Positions 10,201-18,363 are shown, numbered from the stretch's first letter. The stretch: DNA of 43,353 bases from Clostridia bacterium (GCA_028699795.1 JAQVTZ010000002.1:1-43353); one strand, 5' to 3'. Translations and numbers: made by a program. Notes: generated by a model from the sequence alone, not told the origin.

Positions 10201-13200
10201 TCGGGAGATTACATGCTACAGACACTGGATGCGACGCATGCGGTGCTGCTGCAATATACAGGCGGCGGAAGCGATGCAGAAATACCCGTTTTTGTGGGCG
10301 ATTACGAAATCGTATCTATAGGCAATAACGCTTTGTATTCCGATATCCAAAACTTGACCTTCCGAGTCTCCGATATTCTCACTCAGTATTCTTTTGGTAA
10401 CCTAAAACTTCTACAATCGGTTACCATACTCGATACAAACAATATTCTTTGTGATAAAGAATATATTTACACACTGTTAACAGAAAACATCAATCTTACC
10501 AAAATATCTTATAATGGCGGAGACTGCACGCTCATCGATTTGTTAAACGGAAACAGTCCTGTTGCTTCCATTAACACGGTAGAAGTGATAGATGGCGCTA
10601 CCTCAATCATAGACGGGATGCTCCAAGAGTACGCCAATATCACCAACATTATATTGCCGTCCACTATACAAACCATAGGGTTGTATGCCTTTGAGAATAC
10701 CGCATGGTATGCGGCGCAGCCCGACTTTGTTATCATATTGGATGGATACCTTTACAAATACAAAGGGACCGAATCCAATGTTACGGTACCCAATACGGTA
10801 AAAGTAATAGGCGAAAGAGCGTTTGCCGATTATCGCGAAGGCGTTTGGGTCGGCAATATGTATGTCAGATCCCTCAAATTCGAAGGCGGAAGTTCGGCGA
10901 CCACAATTTTGTCCGAAGCGTTTTTGTCTTGCGCATTGCTCACAAAAATAGATCTTCCGTGGTCTCTTACCCAAATAGCAGAAAACGCGTTCGACGGCAC
11001 AGGAATGGCGGTAGAGAACGATACTTTGCTTGCCAGAGGCGACAGAGGCGATGCGCTTATCAGATATTATGGTACAAGTTCGCAATACGAGTTGTCCGCC
11101 GGTGTTATTACCATCAATGCTTCGGCGTTCGAAAGCAACGAATACTTGACTGATTTCGTAATCCCCCAAGATAGTCTGCTTGTAATGATCGGTCCGTCGG
11201 CATTTAAGAATTGTATCAATCTGTCTTCCGTCACAATCAATAACGGCGGAGTCTTAAGCGATGTAACAGATATATTGGCGTTAGAATATATCGAAGATAT
11301 CGGCGCCGATGCTTTTGCAGGTACGCCTTGGATGCAATCTCTTGGCAATTATCTTTTTGGCAACGGCAGACTGTTGCTTGCCAAAAACGGTGATGACACA
11401 CTGGTGCTTTCGGACAGCGATAAACCGGCGGGTTACGAACTTAACATGATTGCGAGCAGTGCATTCGCATCGTCTCATGCAACCAAATTGTATATCGATA
11501 TGATATCTCCTCTCTCTCTGGGATTGGGCTCGTTAGACTCGCTTTCCGCAATTTATGTACCTTACGATTTATACGGGATATTTGTTGCTTATTGGAACGG
11601 TTACGCAAGCAAACTGATTCCCGTGCATGTTGCCGAAGGTTCTTTTGTGAATGCCGCTGGTCAGTTGGTTTATGTAAACAAAACCGATACCGCAATTGTC
11701 TTAACAGACCATTGCGGACTGACGGAAATTGCTCCCGACGCCTTTGTGGGAACGGCGGCAACGACTTTGGTCTTAACATCTGTTATACCGCCTGTCATGG
11801 GAGGCGATTGGCTTCACGGCATCAATACCATTTATGTAGCGCCCGAAGCCGTGGACGCATATAAAGCGGCTTGGAGTTCCTACGCTTCTTCTATCCAAAG
11901 CTATACATTGTTGCAAGAAAAATTCCTTGTTTATGACAATATTCTGTATCAGTATGACGGCAATGAAGAAGTGGTAACTGTTCCCATTGGTATCCAAGAG
12001 ATTGCGGGACACGCTTTTGCGAATGCAAACAATATCAAATTCCTTTTTGTTCCGTCGGATGTGACAACGGTACAGTCTTATGCTTATTTCGGATTGCAAA
12101 ATGCGGCGGTAGCGGCAGAACTTTCCAATATCGAAGGCTGGTCTGAAGATTTCGCGGCAAACCTTCTTGGTTTACATACTTCCGTGAGCGCGGGCGTGGC
12201 GGGGATAGAGGGCGACTATATTACCAAACCAGTATCCGGAGGGGCCGAAATCATTCGTTATTTAGGCAATCAAAACAGTGTGACGATACCCGATTCTATC
12301 GCAGGACAAGCGGTTTACGGCATTGCTTCCAAGGCTTTTGCAGGCAATCCGAATATTATCCGAATTACTCTTCCAAGCAGCGTGGAGATTGTCGCCGAAA
12401 ATGCATTCTACGGGTGTGAATCGTTAACCGTTATATTCAAAAGCGCCGCTATCCCTTCGGGGTGCCAAGCGGGCTGGAACAACTGGGTAGAAGAAAGTTA
12501 TGTAAATGGTAATTCAGAATTTTCCGATGCATACGGTAACCAATATATCAACAATGCCGGAAACGCGGTACTCATAAAAGCCGTGTCAGGGCACGAATCA
12601 ATGTCGATTTCTTTGGCGGGAGGACTTACCGTCAAAACCATCGCTGCCAATGCGTTTGCCGAAGTGACGGGATTACGCTCATTAAGGCTTTCCGACACCA
12701 TTATCAATGTCGGTATTTCGGCGTTCATAGGTTGTGAACAAACGGTGCTTTATTTAGATGCCTCACAGGTGCCAGCCACTTGGGCGACAGGCTGGACGGA
12801 CTTTGTATTGGATTATTATACGGATTACAAAAAAGTCTTTACCGTCAACGATGGCGGAGCGGAAGGCACCGGCTTCAAAATGCTTCTTAACGAAGGCGCT
12901 CTTATTATTATAGATTATCAAGGCGATCCTGTTGATCTTGTCATTCCTAACACGGCGATGTACTATTCAATAAATTATTATGTTACCGAAATCTCTTGCT
13001 ACGCTTTTTATAATAAGACAATGCTAGAGTCCGTAACACTAAATGCCGAAATGAAAAAAATAAGCGCGTACGCCTTTGCAGGCTGTACCGCCTTAACAAG
13101 TATCGATTGGAACTCCAAACTGGAGGCAATCGGAACAGGCGCATTTAGTAATAATGCTTGGTTAGACGGGCAAAATTATATTATTGACCAAACTACCCTT

Positions 13201-16200
13201 TATTTGTATGCCGACGCTGCCAATACGGCGGTTATCCCTTCCGAAATAACGAATGTGATTGACGGCGCGTTTTCTATGGGGATTGCGCGGTATGCCGTAT
13301 TTACGATGTCCGTTCCGCCCGAAGTAGCCGATAATGCTTTTATCGGCGTACAAACCGTACTGGTTCCGCAAGGATATCTAGAGGTGTATCGCGCGGCATG
13401 GCCCGCTTACGCAGATTTTATTCAAGCCTACACAGAGGTGAACGGCGCGATGTATTACCGCAATACATTGGTCTATTACAATGGAGACGGAGAAGAATTA
13501 ACTGTTCCTTCCTCTATTGAAGGCTACATTGTTAACGAAATTTCTGACAAAGCTTTCTTAGGAAGCGCGAGCCTCAAAAAATTGGTATTGCCTTCTAGTA
13601 TAAGCACTATGGGCGAAAGCGTGTTTTTGGGTTGTTCTAATCTTGTCATTTATTTGGAAGGCGATAACTCGTTTGCTCCCGACTGGTCTGCAGGCGCAAT
13701 GTATGTATATGCCGATACCTCTAGCCAAACAATTGTTGTAAACGGAGTGCGTTATTTTGAGGAGCTAAACGCCTTTACCGTTATCGGGGTAGAAGAAGGC
13801 TACAAAGAAGTGTTTGTCGAAAGCACCGTAAACGGGCTCGATGTTATCAAAATCGGGCATAGAGCGTTTGCGGGCGGCGGGTTATATAAAGTTACGCTTC
13901 CTGTCTCTATCCAAACTATTGACGCGACTGCATTCCAAGGAGCGGACAATACGGTACTAATTATCTTGGCAGACACCTTGCCCGACGAAACAAACGGTTG
14001 GAGCGCGGACATCAACGAAATCTATGTTGGTGAAAGCAACTTTGTCACCGCGGGCGATTATACGGTCTTCGCAAACGGTGATACGGCGGTATTGTTCGGA
14101 TATAACGGTTCATTAAACGGGATAGCTTTACCCGATACGGTAGCCGATAAAACGCTGACAGGTATCGCAAGCTATGCTTTCCTTGATGCTAGCCTATTTA
14201 AAATAGTACTAAACGAATCTATGGATAAGGATAGCATAAGCGCAAAAGCTTTTGCGGGAATGACAGCAGAATGTGTTGTTTATGTGCGTCAGAATATCAA
14301 TATCAATGATTATGCTTGGGCAGAGGATGTCTATGAAGCTCATGCCGATTATCAAGAGTATGATAGCGGGGATTACAAGGTGATTCCCATGCAATTAGAG
14401 GAAGAAAGCGGGTTAATGATTGTGGGGAGCACAATTTCTATAACGGATTATCTCGAAATACCTTCTTCATTAGCGGTTACAGGGCTTGGTACATTACCCG
14501 TTATAGGTATTGCAAGCTACGCATTCAGCTTACTTCTTTCTAATCCTTACGCCGTCATCATACCCGAGAGTGTAAGCTATATCGGGGGCAAAGCGTTTTC
14601 GAAGATAGAAGAATACGGCACAGCTTCCAATGTTTTTGTAGAAAGTGAAAATGCCAAAACGGGCTTCGCAGAGGGCTGGGACAACGGATTTTCCGATACT
14701 TTTTATAATTGCAATGCGGCTGCAACGGTAAACGGTGTTGTCTATCTTGCAGACGGAGATGAAGCCGTTGTAGTAGGTTATACGGGAGACTCTTCTGTTG
14801 CGGTAATAGAGGGGAAAGTTATTATAGACGGTAACAGTTTCGAAGTTACCAAGATTGCCGCTTATGCGTTCGCTTTTATGCCGCATTTAACAAGAATCTT
14901 TATCCCCGACAGCGTGATAAGCGTTCGCGACCGTATCGCATACGAAAGCGGTGCAGATGTCGTGATGTCGCTCGAGCACTCCATGGTTGCTTCGTATTGG
15001 CCTGTGGGTTGGAACAACTTTGGGGCGCAGCAAGTGAAGATAAGCTCTCAATTGGTCGCAAGTAACGATCTGTTGTTATTGTTCCACAATAATACCTTAA
15101 GTGTTATAAGATATAGCGGTACTGATGCCACAATCACGATACCAGAGTCCGTTTCAGTCGGCGCCAATGTTTACGAAGTAACGGCAATCGAGCCTTATGC
15201 GTTCTATCATTCCGATGCATACCGTATTTATGTACCCGAAAGCGTAGACAGCATAGGAGAATTTGCTTTTGCAGATTGCGACCATGCTATCTTGTTTATC
15301 GGGGACACCAGCTCCGATCCTTCTTGGGATTATACATACGGAGGTTCGACGATTGCATACGATAGCGATGTTAAATATACATATTACAATTATACAGCGT
15401 TCGAGCAGAGAGGGGGGTTCCGTTATGTGCTGGACGGAATATCAGCGCATATTGTAGATTATGTCGGCACCGATACCGAACTTGAGATAGAAGATACGAT
15501 TATCATCGATATGGTAACCTACGAGGTCAATGCCATTGGTCCGTACGCGTTTGCGTTCCTTACTGATATCACAAAAATCATTCTTCCCGACACTATAAAT
15601 ATGGTGTACCAAGATGCGTTTTTAGGGACTTCCAATGCCGCGCTTTATCTTACCCATGTTATGGTGCCCGTTTATTGGCCCCAAGGATGGGAGGGAGACA
15701 CATTGCATGTCACTCTTAATGCGGCGAATACTTGCGAAGAACAACTCTTCCAATATATCTGTTATACCCCCGAAGTAGGACAAAGAACGGCAACGATTAC
15801 GGGTTTTTCCGGAGGCTCCGTCTCAGAGCTTACCATTCCCGCATCCTTTATTCACCCAATTGACGGTTTAAATTATAAGGTAACCCGAATTGCAGAGTAT
15901 GCATTTGCCAATAGGACAGAATTAAGTTCGGTTAATTTGCCGCAGAATGAAGATAGCAACCTAACCGAAATTGGCGCATACGCTTTCTATCGGTGTATCC
16001 GCTTATCGACAATTTCCAATTTTGACAGCAAAATTGTGAATATCGGAGAAAACGCCTTCCAGTCTACTCTATGGTACCAAAACATTTCGGATAAATATTT
16101 AAAAAGTAACGATAGACTAAGGCTCTACACAGGAAACGAAAGCGCGGTAATCTTTGATGCGCAAACCCAAATCGATATTTTGGGCGGAGCGTTCGCCTCG

Positions 16201-18363
16201 AGCGAGGAATTAAAGTATGTGGTATTTTTAGACGGAATCAAACCCGAAGTACATTCGGACGCATTTGTTTCGGTAGAAAAAATACTTGTTCCCGAAGCGA
16301 ATCTCCAGATGTATCAAAATCTGTGGCCCGAGAACAGCCACAAAATAGATAGCTTTCATGAAGAAAACGGCATGCTGTTCTACCAAAATAAACTTATCGC
16401 CATTATCAATAAAGTTGACACGGATTTAACGATACCTCAGCAAGTTGAAGATTATACCATAGACACTATCCTTTCACATGTCGACAAAACGGGTCGCGAT
16501 ACTTTATTAAGTCTTACGATACCCCGAACAGTCACAACGATAGGCCCCAACACTTTCCCGTACACCGCGGTATATTTTGAGGTTGCAAACAGATTGGAAG
16601 GATACAGCACCGCCTTTACCGCATTAGAAGAGTATTTTGATATAGGCGAATTCTTCCATTTAGAAGGCGCAACATTTGCGGTTATCGATGGCAAAGCAAA
16701 GCTGATAAATTATTACGGAGATGCAAAAGAATATACAATACCTCTTAGTGTTTTTTATAACGGAACCGATTACGAAGTATCCGCAATCGGCTCGTATGCT
16801 TTTGCCCAAAACAACTATGTAAAGAGCGTCTATTTGCCCAAAGGTATCGACAGCATTGGTGTGTACGCTTTCAGAACGGCGTTCTCAGGGCCTCAAGAGC
16901 CCGAGTTTATCTTGTACACTGGTCTTTCGGAGGATTCTTATCCTTGGTACAATAATTGGGAAATGCCGGTATACTTTAATATCCCCAAAGTACAAAGTCA
17001 AGGCTCCATGAGATATGTTGTAACAGATGACGGGATTACGATAACACAATATTTCGGAACAGTAAGCGTGTTTGACATCCCGCAATCTCTTACCATAAAC
17101 CAAGTCGCGATTAGTGTGACGGCAATAGGCGCGTACGCATTCTACAATGTATCCTCATTGGCCAATATCACCATTCCCTCAAGTGTAAGAATGATAGGCA
17201 AACATGCCTTTACAGGAACAAAATGGTTGCAAGACGCAGGAGATTTCATAGTTGACAATAGTAGGCTGTTGCTTTATAATGGTGAAGACAAAAATGTTAC
17301 AATCGAAGAGTCATCGGGCATAAGAAGTATTGTAGGCGGCGCATTCTTAAGCAGCAGGGCATTCAGGTTGGTCATCAACGGAGACACACCGATGATAGAG
17401 TTGTACGACCACGCTTTCGACGGAATCGAAATCATCGATGTGCCCAGTGTCGCATCAGACATTTACCGAGAATATATCTGGACAAATTATCAGTCCATGA
17501 TTATCGGAAGTGTACGCATCGGCGAATACGGGTTCTCACTTAACCCAGACGGGACAGCAAAAATTATAGGATATTACGGCGAGTCCGCTACGCCCGAATT
17601 GCCTTCTTCCGTCACTGTTGGCGAAAGATCGTATACCGTCAATGAGTTGGGTGACAAGTTGTTCAAAGGCAGAACCGAACTTATCCAAATAATATTGCCC
17701 CGAAGCATACAGTATCTCGGAGAAAATGTCTTTACAGATTGTAACAATACCGTAGTCTATTTGCGGCACGAAGTTATCCCCGCCTGGCCGACGGGTTGGT
17801 ACAATGACTTGTTGCATGTTTATTCCAATATCGACAACTTTGTGGCAATAGGCGATTACACCGTCCAACTCAACGCAGGCAATCACGAACTAACAATAGT
17901 ACAATATAATGGGGTTGCATCCTCGGTTGCCATTTCGTCTATGATTTACGGAGCATCCGAATATACGGTAACACGCATAGGGTATTACGCCTTTTATCAC
18001 AAGACCTTTGTCAGCGAAGTTACTATGGCGGTCACGGTAGAGCAAATCGACAAGTATGCTTTCGAAGGTACTGCTTGGGCAAGCAACGGCACAGACAAAA
18101 AAGTCTTCGGCAATAAACTGATGCTGTATACCGGGAGCGCCACTTCGCTAACAATAAGCGAAACAGATGCCATTACGGCCATATGCGGCGGCGCATTTGC
18201 CTCTTCCGATGTGACCGTATTAGATATTACGGCAGAGGCCACGATTACTTTAGACGAGGGCGCGCTACAAGGCATCCAAACGATTTATGTAAACGCGGCC
18301 ACAGTAGACGAATTCAAAGATTTATGGCCGCAATACGCCGAGATAATTACGGCAAGACCTTAG
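4174..18363 (+). CDS. Giant (4,729 aa) surface lipoprotein: Ig-like domain, about 12 Flg_new (Listeria-Bacteroides) repeats and a very long BspA-type LRR region
   Basis: The uninterrupted ORF 4123..18363 is taken from the ORF track. The preferred start is ATG 4174, which has an RBS and gives MSKTTRIAALVLILTMLLLGVTAC (lipobox VTAC). Recurrent G[YF]xFxGW...LYAKW motifs and xIGxxAFxxCxxLxxIxIPxSV motifs run throughout. No LPXTG, SLH or cell-wall-binding repeats were seen. Confidence 0.9.
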   Translation: MSKTTRIAALVLILTMLLLGVTACSTDTAKVTGIQLAGEYRNVYLVGEDLDLSGMELLLENSDGTTSTVNIADVRSDIKFLNVNTDAVTKQLEITIQYQKQKTTFTIDVVNPQSDENRVNVVFDLNIASLDEQSRKFQEIKVLQLSKLNAPSSSPTRVGYAFDGWYKDTALKNPWNFSVDQVILTSQHTLNTVYLYAKWTPYCEVTFYKILPSGETTLIATKMVKKGGSLTDFPNIPIDAGEEKYIFEWDYSSFESITENIEVYTKEPVLKTYNVEFYDKINDADQLLYILEDVPYGTDLLDPSTVLTTQHGAQISPLQEIGLLSPSNRENHVFANAWDYKGLTYHIANPQTNNPLRNVKQSMQLYAHYEIKTFTVSFDLNYQGQSITPPSPQVVAHNTPIIDITVTRDGYDFDGWYKDAQCTRPWNFNTEKVTENRTLYAKWTKLFKIDFYAIYYGDVVGGTERQPAMDNSSLLYYQNNDGIWEDSNGNEMFASSTIDPQMTDPVGGFLYNYIKKDNVIAYTRVLIGEVMVRQGETASALPSVYSSQVTLDGHTAKWSSTSFVNIQEDRSVYAIYTIRTYNVKFVDGENQIGPTQVIPYKGKAIAPNDTRDENLANKVVFDNYVTTTRWGYSFSGWNSLAYLNVTEDTTISATFTPNTYRVTVQLSPGNTEVRNELYDSVLTLITPNREAEGYDFDGWYTTPDYAPGSEWGADDKVTGNISIYAKWVEIYTITFTDGATTNPLVLATRKVRKGNSLTDIPVVPEIVGKNGIWREDGAIPNFQNVQRDMIIAATYTDKTFNVNFKNGNHDDYFYLANVLYNTKVVPPLSPEDPSQAVPDPDASYVGYQFEGWTVAGVTGYVNFSTYQIKQDTTFIASYSRRTFTVLFVDNDYDSTGVVLREVTIEYEAIAYPPANPLKTGMNFLGWSTDKITVSDDLSITGDTVFYAVYQIKEYNVTFKSIEDNTTWATVKVEHGELAAYPSDIPQPTYNGFTFTGWDYDFNTPITSHKNIFAIFQINTYTITFVTGEGSTVDPVTATHNSYAIAPQQPTYENMAFLGWYLDEMYSVQYLFDQPMTSNLTLYAKWSEYVSGFGDIVFQLNSENTAYTVVSVNPDALAVKIDNFYQNKPVTSIGSGAFRNNQRLRVVILPDTLQTIGTNAFEGCVNLLRIDIPQPVTSIGDNAFNGCINLSAATFTPNSALTTIGNYAFINARSLTGLALPDTVTNIGSGAFMGCSSLYSLEVPRGVTTIGASAFENCIGLKYLIFLRPSPCILGEYAFDGVTQSFRLYVQDVLAYTSGVTSNWQAVGDRICPSGNIASDWYYSLIQVGAHANKLRLLHYLGNDTDLAVPETLTVEGVERTVYSLGDYLFDGKVTAFKMNSDMPLSANTFGSASGLMKLEVSIVNELGEQRELLNSNITYIRNAFETINSLKELSISAVATLKNLFGNVNPPANLKKVNILNDRTELPADMFYNCLNIEEITIPASIQNIGNYAFYGCYNLHSVSIAPISGLTSIGESAFENCVSLQQIAIPDSVTVIESNAFKATPYVTNSDETFVVLGDGILYSYNGNDETVILPKEIKQINEYAFYGASLRSFMFEEGSVLQSVGDYAFAECVNLEHAVFPETMASLGEGAFYNDTKLSKVIFFLYDQFGVRIYIADTTSIFTNCMHTLEIIVPLASSSRFLESDNNWEEIIREQLDYPGWSGLSSANLYFNEEWIYSLEAGQGITLLQYYGSNKDLVIPSQIGSDEVIELANYTIPRNTITLDFSVSVASDSRVFGALNGLTEVTIRDTTNATFIMEKDYIYNMLAANRSLHKINVGGKMSIYSILGDRLPPSNITAVTVFDGETSLADEMFKDCQYIVDIELPDSLTDVGKQAFNGSGWENAYDGEFVTILRDLDGRGLLVSYKGNQKHVVIPSDVKAINRMLFENNAFVEIVSANNLEAIYDNAFAGAETLSKIILGGDAPSFGTEVFKDLMEGAQLFADEDKLAGYLSADLTGIELVANHITVSGDYMLQTLDATHAVLLQYTGGGSDAEIPVFVGDYEIVSIGNNALYSDIQNLTFRVSDILTQYSFGNLKLLQSVTILDTNNILCDKEYIYTLLTENINLTKISYNGGDCTLIDLLNGNSPVASINTVEVIDGATSIIDGMLQEYANITNIILPSTIQTIGLYAFENTAWYAAQPDFVIILDGYLYKYKGTESNVTVPNTVKVIGERAFADYREGVWVGNMYVRSLKFEGGSSATTILSEAFLSCALLTKIDLPWSLTQIAENAFDGTGMAVENDTLLARGDRGDALIRYYGTSSQYELSAGVITINASAFESNEYLTDFVIPQDSLLVMIGPSAFKNCINLSSVTINNGGVLSDVTDILALEYIEDIGADAFAGTPWMQSLGNYLFGNGRLLLAKNGDDTLVLSDSDKPAGYELNMIASSAFASSHATKLYIDMISPLSLGLGSLDSLSAIYVPYDLYGIFVAYWNGYASKLIPVHVAEGSFVNAAGQLVYVNKTDTAIVLTDHCGLTEIAPDAFVGTAATTLVLTSVIPPVMGGDWLHGINTIYVAPEAVDAYKAAWSSYASSIQSYTLLQEKFLVYDNILYQYDGNEEVVTVPIGIQEIAGHAFANANNIKFLFVPSDVTTVQSYAYFGLQNAAVAAELSNIEGWSEDFAANLLGLHTSVSAGVAGIEGDYITKPVSGGAEIIRYLGNQNSVTIPDSIAGQAVYGIASKAFAGNPNIIRITLPSSVEIVAENAFYGCESLTVIFKSAAIPSGCQAGWNNWVEESYVNGNSEFSDAYGNQYINNAGNAVLIKAVSGHESMSISLAGGLTVKTIAANAFAEVTGLRSLRLSDTIINVGISAFIGCEQTVLYLDASQVPATWATGWTDFVLDYYTDYKKVFTVNDGGAEGTGFKMLLNEGALIIIDYQGDPVDLVIPNTAMYYSINYYVTEISCYAFYNKTMLESVTLNAEMKKISAYAFAGCTALTSIDWNSKLEAIGTGAFSNNAWLDGQNYIIDQTTLYLYADAANTAVIPSEITNVIDGAFSMGIARYAVFTMSVPPEVADNAFIGVQTVLVPQGYLEVYRAAWPAYADFIQAYTEVNGAMYYRNTLVYYNGDGEELTVPSSIEGYIVNEISDKAFLGSASLKKLVLPSSISTMGESVFLGCSNLVIYLEGDNSFAPDWSAGAMYVYADTSSQTIVVNGVRYFEELNAFTVIGVEEGYKEVFVESTVNGLDVIKIGHRAFAGGGLYKVTLPVSIQTIDATAFQGADNTVLIILADTLPDETNGWSADINEIYVGESNFVTAGDYTVFANGDTAVLFGYNGSLNGIALPDTVADKTLTGIASYAFLDASLFKIVLNESMDKDSISAKAFAGMTAECVVYVRQNININDYAWAEDVYEAHADYQEYDSGDYKVIPMQLEEESGLMIVGSTISITDYLEIPSSLAVTGLGTLPVIGIASYAFSLLLSNPYAVIIPESVSYIGGKAFSKIEEYGTASNVFVESENAKTGFAEGWDNGFSDTFYNCNAAATVNGVVYLADGDEAVVVGYTGDSSVAVIEGKVIIDGNSFEVTKIAAYAFAFMPHLTRIFIPDSVISVRDRIAYESGADVVMSLEHSMVASYWPVGWNNFGAQQVKISSQLVASNDLLLLFHNNTLSVIRYSGTDATITIPESVSVGANVYEVTAIEPYAFYHSDAYRIYVPESVDSIGEFAFADCDHAILFIGDTSSDPSWDYTYGGSTIAYDSDVKYTYYNYTAFEQRGGFRYVLDGISAHIVDYVGTDTELEIEDTIIIDMVTYEVNAIGPYAFAFLTDITKIILPDTINMVYQDAFLGTSNAALYLTHVMVPVYWPQGWEGDTLHVTLNAANTCEEQLFQYICYTPEVGQRTATITGFSGGSVSELTIPASFIHPIDGLNYKVTRIAEYAFANRTELSSVNLPQNEDSNLTEIGAYAFYRCIRLSTISNFDSKIVNIGENAFQSTLWYQNISDKYLKSNDRLRLYTGNESAVIFDAQTQIDILGGAFASSEELKYVVFLDGIKPEVHSDAFVSVEKILVPEANLQMYQNLWPENSHKIDSFHEENGMLFYQNKLIAIINKVDTDLTIPQQVEDYTIDTILSHVDKTGRDTLLSLTIPRTVTTIGPNTFPYTAVYFEVANRLEGYSTAFTALEEYFDIGEFFHLEGATFAVIDGKAKLINYYGDAKEYTIPLSVFYNGTDYEVSAIGSYAFAQNNYVKSVYLPKGIDSIGVYAFRTAFSGPQEPEFILYTGLSEDSYPWYNNWEMPVYFNIPKVQSQGSMRYVVTDDGITITQYFGTVSVFDIPQSLTINQVAISVTAIGAYAFYNVSSLANITIPSSVRMIGKHAFTGTKWLQDAGDFIVDNSRLLLYNGEDKNVTIEESSGIRSIVGGAFLSSRAFRLVINGDTPMIELYDHAFDGIEIIDVPSVASDIYREYIWTNYQSMIIGSVRIGEYGFSLNPDGTAKIIGYYGESATPELPSSVTVGERSYTVNELGDKLFKGRTELIQIILPRSIQYLGENVFTDCNNTVVYLRHEVIPAWPTGWYNDLLHVYSNIDNFVAIGDYTVQLNAGNHELTIVQYNGVASSVAISSMIYGASEYTVTRIGYYAFYHKTFVSEVTMAVTVEQIDKYAFEGTAWASNGTDKKVFGNKLMLYTGSATSLTISETDAITAICGGAFASSDVTVLDITAEATITLDEGALQGIQTIYVNAATVDEFKDLWPQYAEIITARP
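4258..4503 (+). other. Ig-like (Big_3-like) domain
   Basis: AKVTGIQLAGEYRNVYLVGEDLDLSGMELLLENSDGTTSTVNIADV...LEITIQYQKQKTTFTIDV matches the usual bacterial Ig-like pattern: Y.VGe.LDLsG..l.v.ysDGt...v, ending ...i.y.g....f.I.V. Confidence 0.5.
4525..7428 (+). repeat. Array of about 12 Flg_new / InlB-B-type (Listeria-Bacteroides) repeats
   Basis: Canonical G-[YFM]-x-F-x-G-W cores begin at nt 4648, 5401, 6064, 6250, 6709, 6931, 7144 and 7333. Each is followed 25-35 aa later by [LIV]YA.[WYF]. Degenerate copies (..F.W / ..KW) sit at 4903, 5170, 5830 and 6478. Confidence 0.8.
7435..18360 (+). repeat. BspA-type leucine-rich-repeat (LRR_5-like) region organised in higher-order cassettes
   Basis: There are dozens of roughly 23-25-aa units such as VTSIGSGAFRNNQRLRVVILPDTLQTIGTNAFEGCVNLLRIDIPQPVTSIGDNAFNGCINL. 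Cassette-ending motifs recur (details in findings). Confidence 0.85.

Noticed and set aside
12436-17829. Listeria-type GW cell-wall-anchoring modules, suggested by the recurrent GW dipeptides
   Set aside because: The GW here is part of a cap motif of about 20 aa at the end of LRR cassettes. It is not the roughly 80-aa SH3-like GW module, so no wall-binding function should be inferred.
4302-18275. Dozens of 60-190-aa ORFs on the - strand and in alternative + frames inside the giant gene (for example 5125..5607, 10603..11169, 10704..11153, 14530..14886)
   Set aside because: All lie wholly within the 14 kb ORF, whose repeat motifs are conserved in frame throughout. They lack RBSs and have skewed, low-complexity composition. 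Spurious ORFs of this kind are expected in a long ORF of moderate GC content.
4174-18363. Giant ORF as an assembly artefact (collapsed or expanded tandem repeats), or as an NRPS/PKS or RHS/polymorphic toxin
   Set aside because: Cassettes are diverged at nucleotide level, with no long identical stretches visible, which argues against a simple mis-assembly. Long reads would still be needed to exclude it. No A/C/T, KS/AT, YD-repeat or toxin-tip motifs were seen, and the C-terminus is a normal LRR cassette tail.
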